In this document: piece by piece, positions 51,301-61,032 of the stretch
Layout: each line of letters starts with the position of its first letter
Position numbering within the stretch: position 1 is the first letter of the stretch
Source: Antedon mediterranea
Lineage: Eukaryota > Animalia > Echinodermata
Assembly (NCBI RefSeq): GCF_964355755.1
Contig: NC_092671.1
Span: forward strand, 10,974,001-11,038,000
Direction of reading: 5' to 3'
Length of the DNA stretch: 64,000 nt
The notes under the pieces: model-generated
Told to the model about the DNA's origin: nothing
The model's input: the letters and a program-made list of their open reading frames with translations, nothing else
Databases searched by the model: none
Made by a program: the position numbers and the translations under genes

Positions 51301-54300
51301 ATTCATAATACAGTACCTCTCATTCAATTCAGTTTGATTTTATTCCTTTTGTTTTTCGGCGCCCAACTTTGTAATCTATATGACAAAATATAATAGCATA
51401 GTAGAACAATAATCATCTTTAGTAACTTTAACCTAAAATAGTAATAATGTGTCTTTCTTTTCTTTCTTTTGTTTACCCATTTTACAAAATAAATACCATG
51501 TTCGAACATACTATATCTATTTTTTTAATAGATAATAATAATGACAATTGACGTATTTTATGAGATTCATAATTTACAAAAATATCACTATCAAAATAAT
51601 TTATGTTAGGGATATATTCCTTTCTCAGTTTCTTATAAAAAGAACGAAAATGTCGTCCTCTTCCCGCACAGTAGGCCCTAATAACAAAACAAACACAATC
51701 TATTTTCACTAGTAATATTCAAATGACGGCCTCTTTCAATTAATAGATGGGCTTGGCATAAGGAATCTTGAGATTGTTGTTTAAAAGTTTAAAATTTAAA
51801 TGATATGTTAATGGAATGTTTAACATGCAAATACTTGTAATGAAATATCCCGAACCACATCTGTTTTACAGAAAGGGTATACCTTATTCCTAGAAAGAAA
51901 TTCACGGGCGAGTTCCACATACACCCAAATCCAAGCCAATCTAAAATGGATTTAATTTCAGATGTCCATCTTAATTCTTCCATTTTCAGTCCACATTCTT
52001 TGTTTTTTTGGTAGCATATTTAATTTAATACAGTCATTTAGGCCTATCATTTTAAGAAAATAATGACATTAATAGGAACCTTGTTGAACCGTGAAATGTG
52101 CAAACACTTTGCCCTCCGAATATGCAAACAACAGTTTTGACCAAGACATTTTGCACCATTTGGTTGATGAATTCCTTCCATTCCATGCGCTTCGCGTTCT
52201 GAAATCTCCAACGATCTAGCCAATTTATCAATATTATCCAAAGACATGTCCTCCTGTAGAGCTCGTCTGTGAACCTTTTTTTTTCGGCCGTCTTGAATTA
52301 TCTGATGCTTCATCTCTGCATCCATTGGATCCTGGTTATCTATACCATAGTTACTAATTAATCTGCGTAAACGAGAACGAATTGGTCCAGGTTTTCCCTT
52401 TCGTGTTGCACAGTATTTCGAAAATGCAAATTTCATACTCCGTATTCTTTTTGGGCAAGAAATAATCTTCAAACACCTTGACTTGTTTCATATACACGTC
52501 ATCATCTCCATCAGCAGTACTAATGTTTCATTCATGTCGAACACATTTCCACCTCCTCTATCTAAAAGTAAAGCTCTTTTTGCTCCGAGTTCATAATTTT
52601 CCAAGCCACCAGGCTATTTTTAAAACGGGCCAGTCATCTTTTCTATCGTGTGGCAAGTGTACTTGACTCGCCATATGTACGTCAAAGGGAGTTACATAAG
52701 CCAATAAACCAGGCTGCACCACCATAATTACGTATCCTCGTCGTCAATGTAATATATCGACATAAAACATTGTTACCGCCTGATGGAAATGATGACATGT
52801 ATAAGAAACAAGTCAAGGAACGACACATACAACGACGTGAAGGTACAAATAGACAATCAAGCTATAGTTATGTAACGTTTTGATTATGGTATAATATAAG
52901 GCAATGTATGTTTTATGTCTTATAAAGCCGTCAAACAAAATATGACTGGTAGGTCATATTCTCGAAGCAAACTTATTGCACCTGATCCTATTGTATCACG
53001 ACTTGTTGACGCGGCAGTGGATAAATATCTCAAAAGGGATTACGATCAGATGACTAAATATCTAGATAATGCTGAAGAGAAAGATGGATCATGTGATGTG
53101 CGATTGGCATTTGCTGGAAATATTTCTACAGAATTCCATCTTATTGTCACTTTCAGCAATAATATACCAGAGAAAAGTGGACTTGCGACTGTCGAGGAAA
53201 CTACTCAGAAATATTTGCTTTACTTGGCAAATGATCACCAGAATGTAATGAAAGATATGGAAGAAAACTCAAGTGACACTATGAAGACACTAACGGTTGG
53301 CCTGTTCACGCTGCCAAATGTCATGCCCGGTACACATTCGTGGATACAACTGGAACGAGATGCCAAACAGATGGTTCAGTATTTCGAAGGTTTAACCAAG
53401 AGTGGCCAATCGGTCACTAAATGCTACATACTGCTTTTCCTGACGGTCATACACAACTTTATCGCCACACGTAACAGACTTCGTAGAGGAGAACATTTTA
53501 GACTGCTACCTTTCATATTGCCTTGCAGAGTTATTTGCGAAAGCAAATTACTAGAGTCAATAGCGTGGATAAAAACCAAATTTGAAGTTCATGAGGTAGT
53601 AGTACTGACAACAGGTGCATCACTTGGAACTGGACAAATTCCATGTGAACCACGTTATCCATATTACTGGAAAATGTATGATGAACTAATAGAAAGAGGG
53701 AAACAGTGTGGGATTGAACTAACTGATGCTAACAAGCAGGAACACATGGACATTGTGCGGCAGGGTAAGAAAGTCATCATTATTTTTTTCGGTACCGGCA
53801 TACCGGGTTTCAAGGTTGTCATAGCCGGGAGTGGTATTGGGGTTAAGCTCCCTTTACCTAAAAAAATGCTCCCATACGGTGTGCGTCTCAAATAGCCTCT
53901 GACAACTAAAAGTCCAACTCCTGGCCTGCACGAATGGCTTAGTTCTTTCTTTAAGCCTGGCGAAACCTGCTTCCTACTGACAGGAGAAGGGACGAAGGCG
54001 AGCCACTGGCGCCTCAAAACCAGAAGCTTACTTGGACAGGTGGAGTTCATCAGCCGTGACAGGCAGTTCACCTAGGAGAAGGAAAACTCTGATTTTAAAC
54101 CTCCGCTGCCTTGCGGCTATATCCATCCTGGAAAAGGCTTCAGGAGTAAACCTCAAGGACAAATCCGGAGTGAAGCCCCTAAGGCGGTTTGGAACATTGA
54201 CTCAATCTCCTTCCGGCAGCTTCTGCAGCCAAACTGGTACCATACGTATTGCTCTGCTCTCCTATGGACTTTATCGGTAAAGGCCGAGAGGGGGATTCTG

Positions 54301-57300
54301 CTGACTGGGCATCGCAGGGTCCCCATATTTTTCTTCGCCCAGGCGTGCGCCCTGGAGAGGTCACTTCAGTGCTGTTGTAAGAAACGGCTAAAATCAACAC
54401 GGGAGACAGCAGTTTACGAGTGATAAGCCAAGACCAATTGGCGTAGGTCAAGGCGCTACGGGTTGTCTCCGTCGGTGGGAGGGACCATCGCAGTCCCACT
54501 GGTCAGCTATCGCCCGCCTCAAGCCGAGCAGCCCTCGGCCAGTAAGATGCTGACCCGCCACAGTCTGCCTGCTTCAATGGGTGCTTGGAGCTTAGGATTC
54601 TTCCGACAAGCGGACTGTAACTACTGCACCAGGCAAAAGATTAAAGAAAAGACTAAAGAATACTACCTTGCGATTTGCAAGCTGGAATGTCAGGACCATG
54701 TGTCCTGGCTTTTCAAACGACCCACGAACGACCAATGACTTAAGAAAGACAGCTATCATCAACCGTGAGCTCAAGAGGCTCAACATCGATATCGCTGCAT
54801 TACAGGAGACAAGACTCCCCTCGGATGGCAGTATAAGAGAAAGGGACTACACGTTCTTTTGGCAGGGGTTGGAACCTGACCAACCACGACTCCATGGAGT
54901 GGGGTTCGCTGTTAGAAACTCTCTTGTAGCATCAGTCGAACCACCATCCAAGGGCACCGCCCGAATCCTCTCACTCCGCCTATCAACATCTTCGGGCACA
55001 GTAAACATCTTGAGCATCTATGCACCAACTCTTTGCTCAACACCCGAGTCTAAAGATGAGTTTTATGAAGAGCTGGACTCTGCCATCAGAGGAATCTCAG
55101 ACACAGAACATCTGTATTTGCTTGGCGACTTCAACGCCCGTGTGGGATCTGACCATTATTCCTGGCCCAGGAGCATCGGACATTTTGGTGTAGGAAGACT
55201 AAATGAGAATGGCCAGAGGCTTCTGGAGCTCTGCAGTTATCATGACCTCTGCATTACCAACACATTCTTCTCCACCAAGCCTCAGCACAAAGTGTCCTGG
55301 CGACATCCAAGATCTCACCACTGGCATCAACTAGATCTCGTCATCACTCGAAGATCTTACTTAAACTACGTAAACATCACTCGCAGTTACCATAGTGCAG
55401 ACTGCGATACTGATCACTCTATGGTGCGCAGCACAGTGTGTCTCAAACCAAAGCAAATTCATCGCTTCAGGCACATAGGATGCCCACGCATCAACACAGC
55501 TAAGACCAATCTGCCAGACCTGTGCGCTCGTTTTGCCCAAACCATCGATAAAATGCTGAAAGACTGTCCAAAAGCCAACTCTGAAATGAGATGGGCTCAT
55601 ATTCGTGATGCCATCTATACCTCCGCCAAAGACATCTTCGGCGTGAAAGAGAGGAAAACCCCTGATTGGTTTGAATCAGGAATTTCTGCGATGGAGCCAG
55701 CTTTAGAGGCAAAGCGTGCAGCGCTAATTGACTACAAAAGAGACCCTTCAGAAAGAACACTAGAGGCTCTTCGTAAAGCTAGAAATAACTCTCAAAAGAT
55801 AGCTCGACAGTGTGCCAACCAATACTGGTTGAACCTCTGTCAAGATATTCAACTCTCTGCTGATCACGGCAACACTGGCGCCATGTACGCTGGTATAAAA
55901 AAGGCCTTTGGACCTAGTGCAACGAAGATCGCACCATTAAAGACCGCCTCTGGTACCATCATAACTGATCGTGGAAAGCAGATGGAGAGATGGGTAGAGC
56001 ATTACCAACAACTCTACTTGAGAGAAAACATTGTCACTGACTCAGCCATTGAGTGCATAGATTCTCTCCCCATAATGGAAGAGCTCGACAATCCACCTAC
56101 ACTGGCGGAACTAAGCAAGGCCATTGATATCTTGGCTTGCGGTAAAGCCCCAGGAAAGGACGGTATCCCACCAGAGGTCCTCAATGCTGGTAAACGCTCC
56201 ACATTATTACTACAAAACCTACACGAGCTTCTGCTACAATGCTGGGAAGAAGGCTCAGTACCCCAGGATATGCGTGACGCAAACATTGTTACACTGTATA
56301 AGAACAAAGGCGATCGCAGCGACTGCAACAACTATCGTGGAATATCCCTTCTTAGCATAGTGGGTAAAGTCTTCGCACGTGTTGTACTAACTAGATTACA
56401 ATCACTTGCAGAACGTGTCTATCCTGAAGCCCAGTGCGGCTTCAGAGCTGGAAGATCAACCATCGACATGATATTCTCAGTGAGACAACTGCAAGAAAAA
56501 TGCCGTGAGCAGAGGCAGCCCCTGTACATTGCCTTCATAGATCTAACGAAAGCCTTCGACCTTGTCAGTAGGAAAGGTCTCTTCTCCCTACTACAAAGGA
56601 TCGGATGTCCTCCAAAGCTTCTGGGGATAATCACCTCCTTTCACGAAGACATGCACAGCGTTGTGCAGTATGATGGCTCATCTTCAGATCCTTTTCCCAT
56701 CAAGAGTGGAGTAAAGCAGGGGTGCGTTCTCGCGCCTACACTCTTCGGCATATTCTTTTCCCTGTTACTATCATATGCCTTTCGTCAGTCAAATGAAGGA
56801 GTCTACCTACATACTCGAAGTGACGGAAATCTCTTCAACCTTGCCCGCTTTCGCGCAAAGACCAAGGTGCGACGTCTACTTATTAGAGAGTTGCTCTTCG
56901 CTGATGACGCTGCCATCACAGCCCACAGTGTAGAAGCACTCCAGCGCCTCATTGACTGCTTCTCACATGCATGCGAGGAGTTTGTCCTTACCATCAGCCT
57001 TAAGAAAACGAACGTTCTAAGTCAAGACGCAGCCAATGCTCCTCCTAAGATCAAAATCGGCGATTATACTCTTGAGGTGGTGGACAAGTTCATTTACCTT
57101 GGTTCCACTGTTTCCAGTAACCTCTCATTTGACGCCGAACTCAACATCAGGATTGGAAAAGCGACATCAGCCATGGCTCGCCTAACAGATAAGGTTTGGA
57201 AAAACCGCATGCTGACTATAAACACCAAGATGAAGATCTACCAGGCTTGTGTCCTAAGCACCCTATTGTACAGCAGTGAATCATGGTCTCTTTACACCCG

Positions 57301-60029
57301 CCAAGAGCGCAGATTGAGTTCATTTCATCTGCGCTGCCTGAGAAAGATACTCGGCATCAAATGGCAGGATCATGTCTCAAATAAAACCGTTCTAACTCGG
57401 GCAAGTTTGCCCAGCATGTACTCACTACTTACCCAGAGACGCCTTCGATGGCTGGGCCATGTAAGGCGCATGGATGACGGAAGAATACCAAAAGACTTAC
57501 TCTATGGTGAGCTTGTCACTGGAACTAGACCTAAAGGAAGGCCCATGTTACGCTTTAAAGACGTATGCAAGCGTGATCTTAAGTCGGGCAACACAAACGT
57601 CACAAACTGGGAGGCTGTTGCCTCCGATCGCAGTATGTGGAGATCCACTATCAAGATGTGTGTCCAAACAAGCGAGAGTGGACGCGACAAGAAACGGACG
57701 CTACTCAAGAAACGTAGAAAGGAGAGAGCATCCTCTGCTCCAACCGATCAGGAGCCAACGTACATCTGCCCAAAATGTGACAAATCATGCCGCTCAAAAA
57801 TTGGACTTTTTAGTCACAGCAGGCGCTGTGACCCTGCACCGAATGACGGATAGAGGGCGCATACCTATTGTCCCTCGAGACAGACGGCTGCCAATAAAAA
57901 AAACCGGCATTTATCTGCATATTAATTTGTATTAAGTTTTAAAAAATACGGTAGTTATTTTAATAGAGTTTGTGTATGATTCTCTATAAACGCACGTTTC
58001 GCACTTTTGAAAGTACTGTAACATTTTGTTTTTCAAATAATAATTATGAATAAACTTTTTTTTTAAATCTTAGTAGCATATTTAAATGGTCTTTTATTTA
58101 TTTACTTACATAAATAAATACATTTCTATCTTTTTAGAGGGATTAAATCTTTGCAACGGAACAGAAGACAGAATGTGTATCACAGCAGCATTATTGTACC
58201 ATAGAGCTGGCTGTTATAAAGGACTGATGCTGATACTAAATGCTGCTAATCAAACTAGCTCAGTCCAAAATATTAGGATGAACTTTACCATGCGCGTGTC
58301 AGATACATTTGAGAAATGTGTTGACTATCACAACAAAATATCAGATGAAAACACATATGAAGATCTTGTTGAGAAAACGTACCACTACTTATCCACCGCC
58401 GTCAAAGATTTTTTGAAGTTCGTTGAGAACATGGGTGAAAAAACCTCTAACGACCTAATACTTTGGGTAGACGAAATCTTTCAAGCAACAAACGGAAAAC
58501 CAGAATTATATCCCGTTCTGGAAATAGAATCAGTAACCGAGAAATGCAATATGGCATCCGTGTCTATACAACGTATGAGTGAAGAAGCTAAATGTATCGC
58601 ACAGACATATTTAGAATTCTTTATGAGTTTTATTATGAACTTCCTTTCAAGACGATATCAATTGCATGTTAAGAATGTTTACACGGGTGGATTGAAAATT
58701 ACACTAGCGGTTATTATGCTGTGTAAAGATGTACTAGTGACGTCTAACTTTTCCGTCAAACAAAAACAGCACACATACATTGTAGCGGCAACATATATGA
58801 CAGAAATTAGTGACGGCGATTTTTGGACAGACCAAATGGAATGTGTTCTAAATGAACTTCCTAACCTAAAACTACAGCGTAAAAGGTTTGATGAAATATG
58901 CAGAAAGAGGGAAAGACAAAAGAACGGTAAATATCAGTTGACGTTTTTGGGGTGTAGGAGGGATAATTTGATCATAGTATTGATTTTATAAAATTCCATG
59001 CAAACTATATAATAAGTATTAATGAGGTAAATAATCTACAACATGCTTTCATGCGATACATATTAGAGAATCACATGGTCAAAATTAATGCAAAACAAAA
59101 GTCTATGCAACAATTTGTAAGTTTGATATCCATATTGATATGCTATATTTTTTTATAAGTGTGGCCTAACCATGAAAGACAAACTGAACAAAGCAAGACA
59201 CAGGATCAGAAACCATGTGAACGGAACACAAAGATTGTCTTTAGTAAGTCAAATGCACGTGTATTGAAAACTATTGAGTTTAGTCTTCTTTTGCCATCCA
59301 TTGGCACACTAAAGCTTGTTGTTAACCTTTGCCGAAATTATTTAATAAAACAACATAAGTAGGTCATATATATTACAGAGTTAAACATACACTAGTTATA
59401 GTGTTTAAAACATTTAAGTTTAGTAAGAGTATGTAATTACGAATAAATTTTGGCTTTAATAACACACATTGTTTAAGTTAAAATACACAGTGAGTATTGT
59501 TTCTCAATGTTTAATGCAATGTAACTAACATTTTGTTTTCCCCCATTTCAGGTGGTGACCAGGTTGATGTAAGATACTTACTTGTTTACCAATAGTAGGC
59601 CCTAATATAAACGATATTACTTTATACATATATCTATGGATGTTTACCATGTTATTGCATACATGACCATGTTATGACTTGTTATTACAGAATATTATGA
59701 AAAAAGAAATATTGTTGGGAAGGAATGAAGGATACGAGTATGGACACATCCTTAGTTGGAACACCTTTTCTAGAGTATGCATGCACTTGGACGTTACTAA
59801 TGACGCAAGACGTGACTGGCGAGCACTTGCTGAAGAGATGGGAGTAAAAGCTGAGACAATTGAAGCTTGTCTTCAAAGTAAATACAACCATACAAAAACA
59901 CTGCTCGAGATTTTCTTTAATCAAAATCAAGGTAAACCACGGGAAGAAATATTGCATGAACTCGTCGATATGTTAAAGACATGCAAGCTTGGCCGTGCTG
60001 CTGAATTAGTTGAGAAAGATATTCTATAA
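32783..60029 (+). CDS. Paralog C (predicted chimera, ~1693 aa): DED-DED / linkers / TIR-like / TRADD-N-like / TIR-like / Pro linker / helical repeats / death domain
   Basis: Exons 32783-33350, 34512-34565, 36629-36691, 37257-37328, 38267-38587, 39180-39482, 40406-40729, 40925-40996, 48337-48489, 48623-49444, 50156-50419, 52928-53764, 58138-58926, 59160-59243, 59552-59568, 59691-60029. Each is open and GT-AG bounded; all introns are phase 1 except the last. The join across 40997-48336 is inferred. Confidence 0.7.
33682..34108. mobile_element. Tc1/mariner-pogo type MITE
   Basis: 25-bp TIR CCGTATTTATTCGAATAAACGTCCC / GGGACGTTTATTCAAATAAATATGG, with TA on both flanks. Confidence 0.8.
37720..37890 (+). 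mobile_element. Short LINE 3' remnant (Rex1-like)
   Basis: KDPTHPLHYCYHFNRSGIRLR motif, similar to the HPLH segment at 7090-7210. Confidence 0.45.
38267..38587 (+). other. Short TIR-like domain exon 1
   Basis: CDVFIVTAYLKWEKKIYNKLNKRG...YVIA...LIPVPINDGDSLP...ILYDSDDEDLLCEDILTEI resembles TIR box 1 (DVFI..W...L..G) and the betaD (lIPv...P) region. Confidence 0.5.
39180..39482 (+). other. TRADD-N-like domain exon
   Basis: GSSIIFYLTVNDANNLKRFWSMYVNKEIVRYLAELL...LKTFIDEDEYLR fits the gS+il.+.....L..lW..Y..g.l...L...IdEeeY pattern of invertebrate TRADD-N-like domains. Confidence 0.55.
40406..40729 (+). other. Short TIR-like domain exon 2 (paralog of 38267-38587)
   Basis: CDVFIVTKDIRWEKRVYRKLEERGHQGYKIEKTHCKFVIVQDHNDEEH...LIPVPIQDGDPLPTLQKQCVLGWLGDDEDSLCDNM. 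Open, phase 1-1; only its second half appears in the ORF track. Confidence 0.55.
41550..43344 (-). mobile_element. Decayed DNA-transposon remnant with one Academ-like terminus
   Basis: Right end reads TAGTGGAGTCTGTTAGGGCTGAAATAAGG...ATTTGCATAAT on the - strand. TGACCTTTGACC motifs are shared with the neighbouring element. No matching second end found. Confidence 0.4.
43420..43692. repeat. TTACAAAGTGCGACA satellite array, left part (93-bp higher-order unit x ~3)
   Basis: Direct tandem repeats; the array continues at 47644-47872 on the other side of the insertion. Confidence 0.9.
43693..47643. mobile_element. Academ-like (XPG + Cys-rich) defective DNA transposon with ~1.5-kb inverted arms
   Basis: Termini TAGACAGGTTCCATTTC / GAAATAGAACTTGTCTA; 3-bp TSD AAA inside TTACAAAGTGC. 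Arms ~43736-45248 and ~46041-47610. Broken - strand ORF with HEESDTRL, RDTDV, SGCDTT, LPPTSDA..H..AH.Q..W and CGCK..C...RC.CKK..LPCT.LC.C. Each arm has a ~59-bp minisatellite. Confidence 0.8.
45434..45488. mobile_element. 55-bp micro-MITE (hAT-type) inside the Academ-like transposase remnant
   Basis: TIR CAGTGAAGATTTAAATTAC / GTAATTTAACTCTTCCCTG (19 bp, 2 mismatches). 8-bp TSD GATATGAG at 45426-45433 and 45489-45496. Confidence 0.8.
47644..47872. repeat. TTACAAAGTGCGACA satellite array, right part
   Basis: Same unit as 43420-43692. Confidence 0.9.
49730..49882. repeat. Direct and inverted TAGAAAACTCAGATC repeats
   Basis: The unit occurs in both orientations (TAGAAAACTCAGAT / ATCTGAGTTTTCTAG). 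Confidence 0.75.
50430..51258 (+). mobile_element. Interspersed repeat with GACA/GACC microsatellites and a terminal hairpin (Helentron/HINE-like, unclassified)
   Basis: Two GCATAGTGATACCGGACCGACAGAC...CATAGTGAACTATA blocks; ends TAGAGTCGCTTCCACGCGACTAAAAA. Segment 50619-50675 recurs at 29521-29574. Confidence 0.55.
52100..52877 (-). mobile_element. Gypsy-type LTR retrotransposon 5' remnant (short LTR, PBS, decayed gag)
   Basis: - strand: candidate LTR 52877-52748 ending ATATTACA, followed by the PBS-like TGACGACGAGGAT. Gag-like RLRRLISNY...MKHQIIQ...RRALQEDMSLDNIDKLARSLE. Confidence 0.65.
53802..57902 (+). mobile_element. Apparently full-length RTE-clade LINE in an intron of paralog C
   Basis: TSD ACCGGCAT (53794-53801, 57903-57910). 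~860-bp GC-richer leader, single long ORF, short 3' UTR ending CCAATAAAAAAA. The orthologous introns of A and B are empty. Confidence 0.93.
54668..57853 (+). CDS. RTE ORF: apurinic-like endonuclease + reverse transcriptase + C-terminal C2H-type zinc finger
   Basis: SWNVRT, LQET, GDFNA, TDH (EN); KAPGKDG, NYRGISLLS, FIDLTKAFD, GVKQGCVLAP, LFADD, YLGS (RT); CPKCDKSCRSKIGLFSHSRRC. No stops over 1061 codons. Confidence 0.95.
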   Translation: MRFASWNVRTMCPGFSNDPRTTNDLRKTAIINRELKRLNIDIAALQETRLPSDGSIRERDYTFFWQGLEPDQPRLHGVGFAVRNSLVASVEPPSKGTARILSLRLSTSSGTVNILSIYAPTLCSTPESKDEFYEELDSAIRGISDTEHLYLLGDFNARVGSDHYSWPRSIGHFGVGRLNENGQRLLELCSYHDLCITNTFFSTKPQHKVSWRHPRSHHWHQLDLVITRRSYLNYVNITRSYHSADCDTDHSMVRSTVCLKPKQIHRFRHIGCPRINTAKTNLPDLCARFAQTIDKMLKDCPKANSEMRWAHIRDAIYTSAKDIFGVKERKTPDWFESGISAMEPALEAKRAALIDYKRDPSERTLEALRKARNNSQKIARQCANQYWLNLCQDIQLSADHGNTGAMYAGIKKAFGPSATKIAPLKTASGTIITDRGKQMERWVEHYQQLYLRENIVTDSAIECIDSLPIMEELDNPPTLAELSKAIDILACGKAPGKDGIPPEVLNAGKRSTLLLQNLHELLLQCWEEGSVPQDMRDANIVTLYKNKGDRSDCNNYRGISLLSIVGKVFARVVLTRLQSLAERVYPEAQCGFRAGRSTIDMIFSVRQLQEKCREQRQPLYIAFIDLTKAFDLVSRKGLFSLLQRIGCPPKLLGIITSFHEDMHSVVQYDGSSSDPFPIKSGVKQGCVLAPTLFGIFFSLLLSYAFRQSNEGVYLHTRSDGNLFNLARFRAKTKVRRLLIRELLFADDAAITAHSVEALQRLIDCFSHACEEFVLTISLKKTNVLSQDAANAPPKIKIGDYTLEVVDKFIYLGSTVSSNLSFDAELNIRIGKATSAMARLTDKVWKNRMLTINTKMKIYQACVLSTLLYSSESWSLYTRQERRLSSFHLRCLRKILGIKWQDHVSNKTVLTRASLPSMYSLLTQRRLRWLGHVRRMDDGRIPKDLLYGELVTGTRPKGRPMLRFKDVCKRDLKSGNTNVTNWEAVASDRSMWRSTIKMCVQTSESGRDKKRTLLKKRRKERASSAPTDQEPTYICPKCDKSCRSKIGLFSHSRRCDPAPNDG

Positions 60030-61032
60030 CTATATATAGGCCTTTTACAAACTAAAGAGATCTATTACACATCGCAATGACATAAAACTGGTCATAAACG
60101 AAAGAGAGTTATTTTTAAATTACTGTAATTACAATTTCATTTCCTTATACAAATGTATATGAATAACTACTACATAACTTTTAGAGTAATATTTTTTTAA
60201 ATTAGTAGTAAAGTGTTACATTAGTTCCTTGTGTCATATCGAATGCACAACACAAACTAATTCAATAAATTACATAACCATCATAAATGATTAAACAACA
60301 AATGTAATATCTCACATAGAAGGCAAGATACAATATTTGTTCTACTTTTATTAATTCAAAGGTTTTGGTTCATATAGTGACTACAGTAAATATCAGTATC
60401 GAATAAATTTACAAAAAGGATTTGCCCTTTTTTGTATAAAATTAAAAGATCAGAATATAATTTTGTTTTAATTAGCTTTTTAATATACCAGAAGAAACTA
60501 TGATCCTTGTATGTATGGTGTGTGGAAGGAATAGTGTATTTACCTGTAGGATCTATATATGGTATATTTACTGTAAAGCGAATACAGCATCAGTCACTAG
60601 GTATTTGTATAGGACAAATTTACAATACTGCAAATGTTTGATGTTACTTATTAGGTCAAAGTTTACAATAACTGTACAGATAAATATGGCCTCGTGGTTA
60701 TAAATGACAGTACAGTATTACTATTACCATTTTGTTAAAGGTATCATTGATAATTGTTTTAGTAGAGATATAGAATCCATTTTCATGTACTTAAGTACCA
60801 CACTAAAGGAAGAACTTGTGTCTATTGTATTAGTGTAGGCCATATAACTTACATCTTTAATAAATTCATTAAATGAATCAGATCATGTACTTGGCAGGTA
60901 CCATGTTACCCTTAGGTGCCAAAGATATAAAATAGACAAGCTAAATGCCAACATTTAAAGGATTAAGCTATAATTGTACATTTAGATGTTAAATTAAAAT
61001 AGTAACTACTTCATCATCCACTATTTGTGTTC

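Noticed and set aside
53765-53895. C-terminal extension of ORF 52915-53895 (GIPGFKVVIAG...)
   Set aside because: Read-through past the donor at 53765 into the intron and the RTE 5' end.
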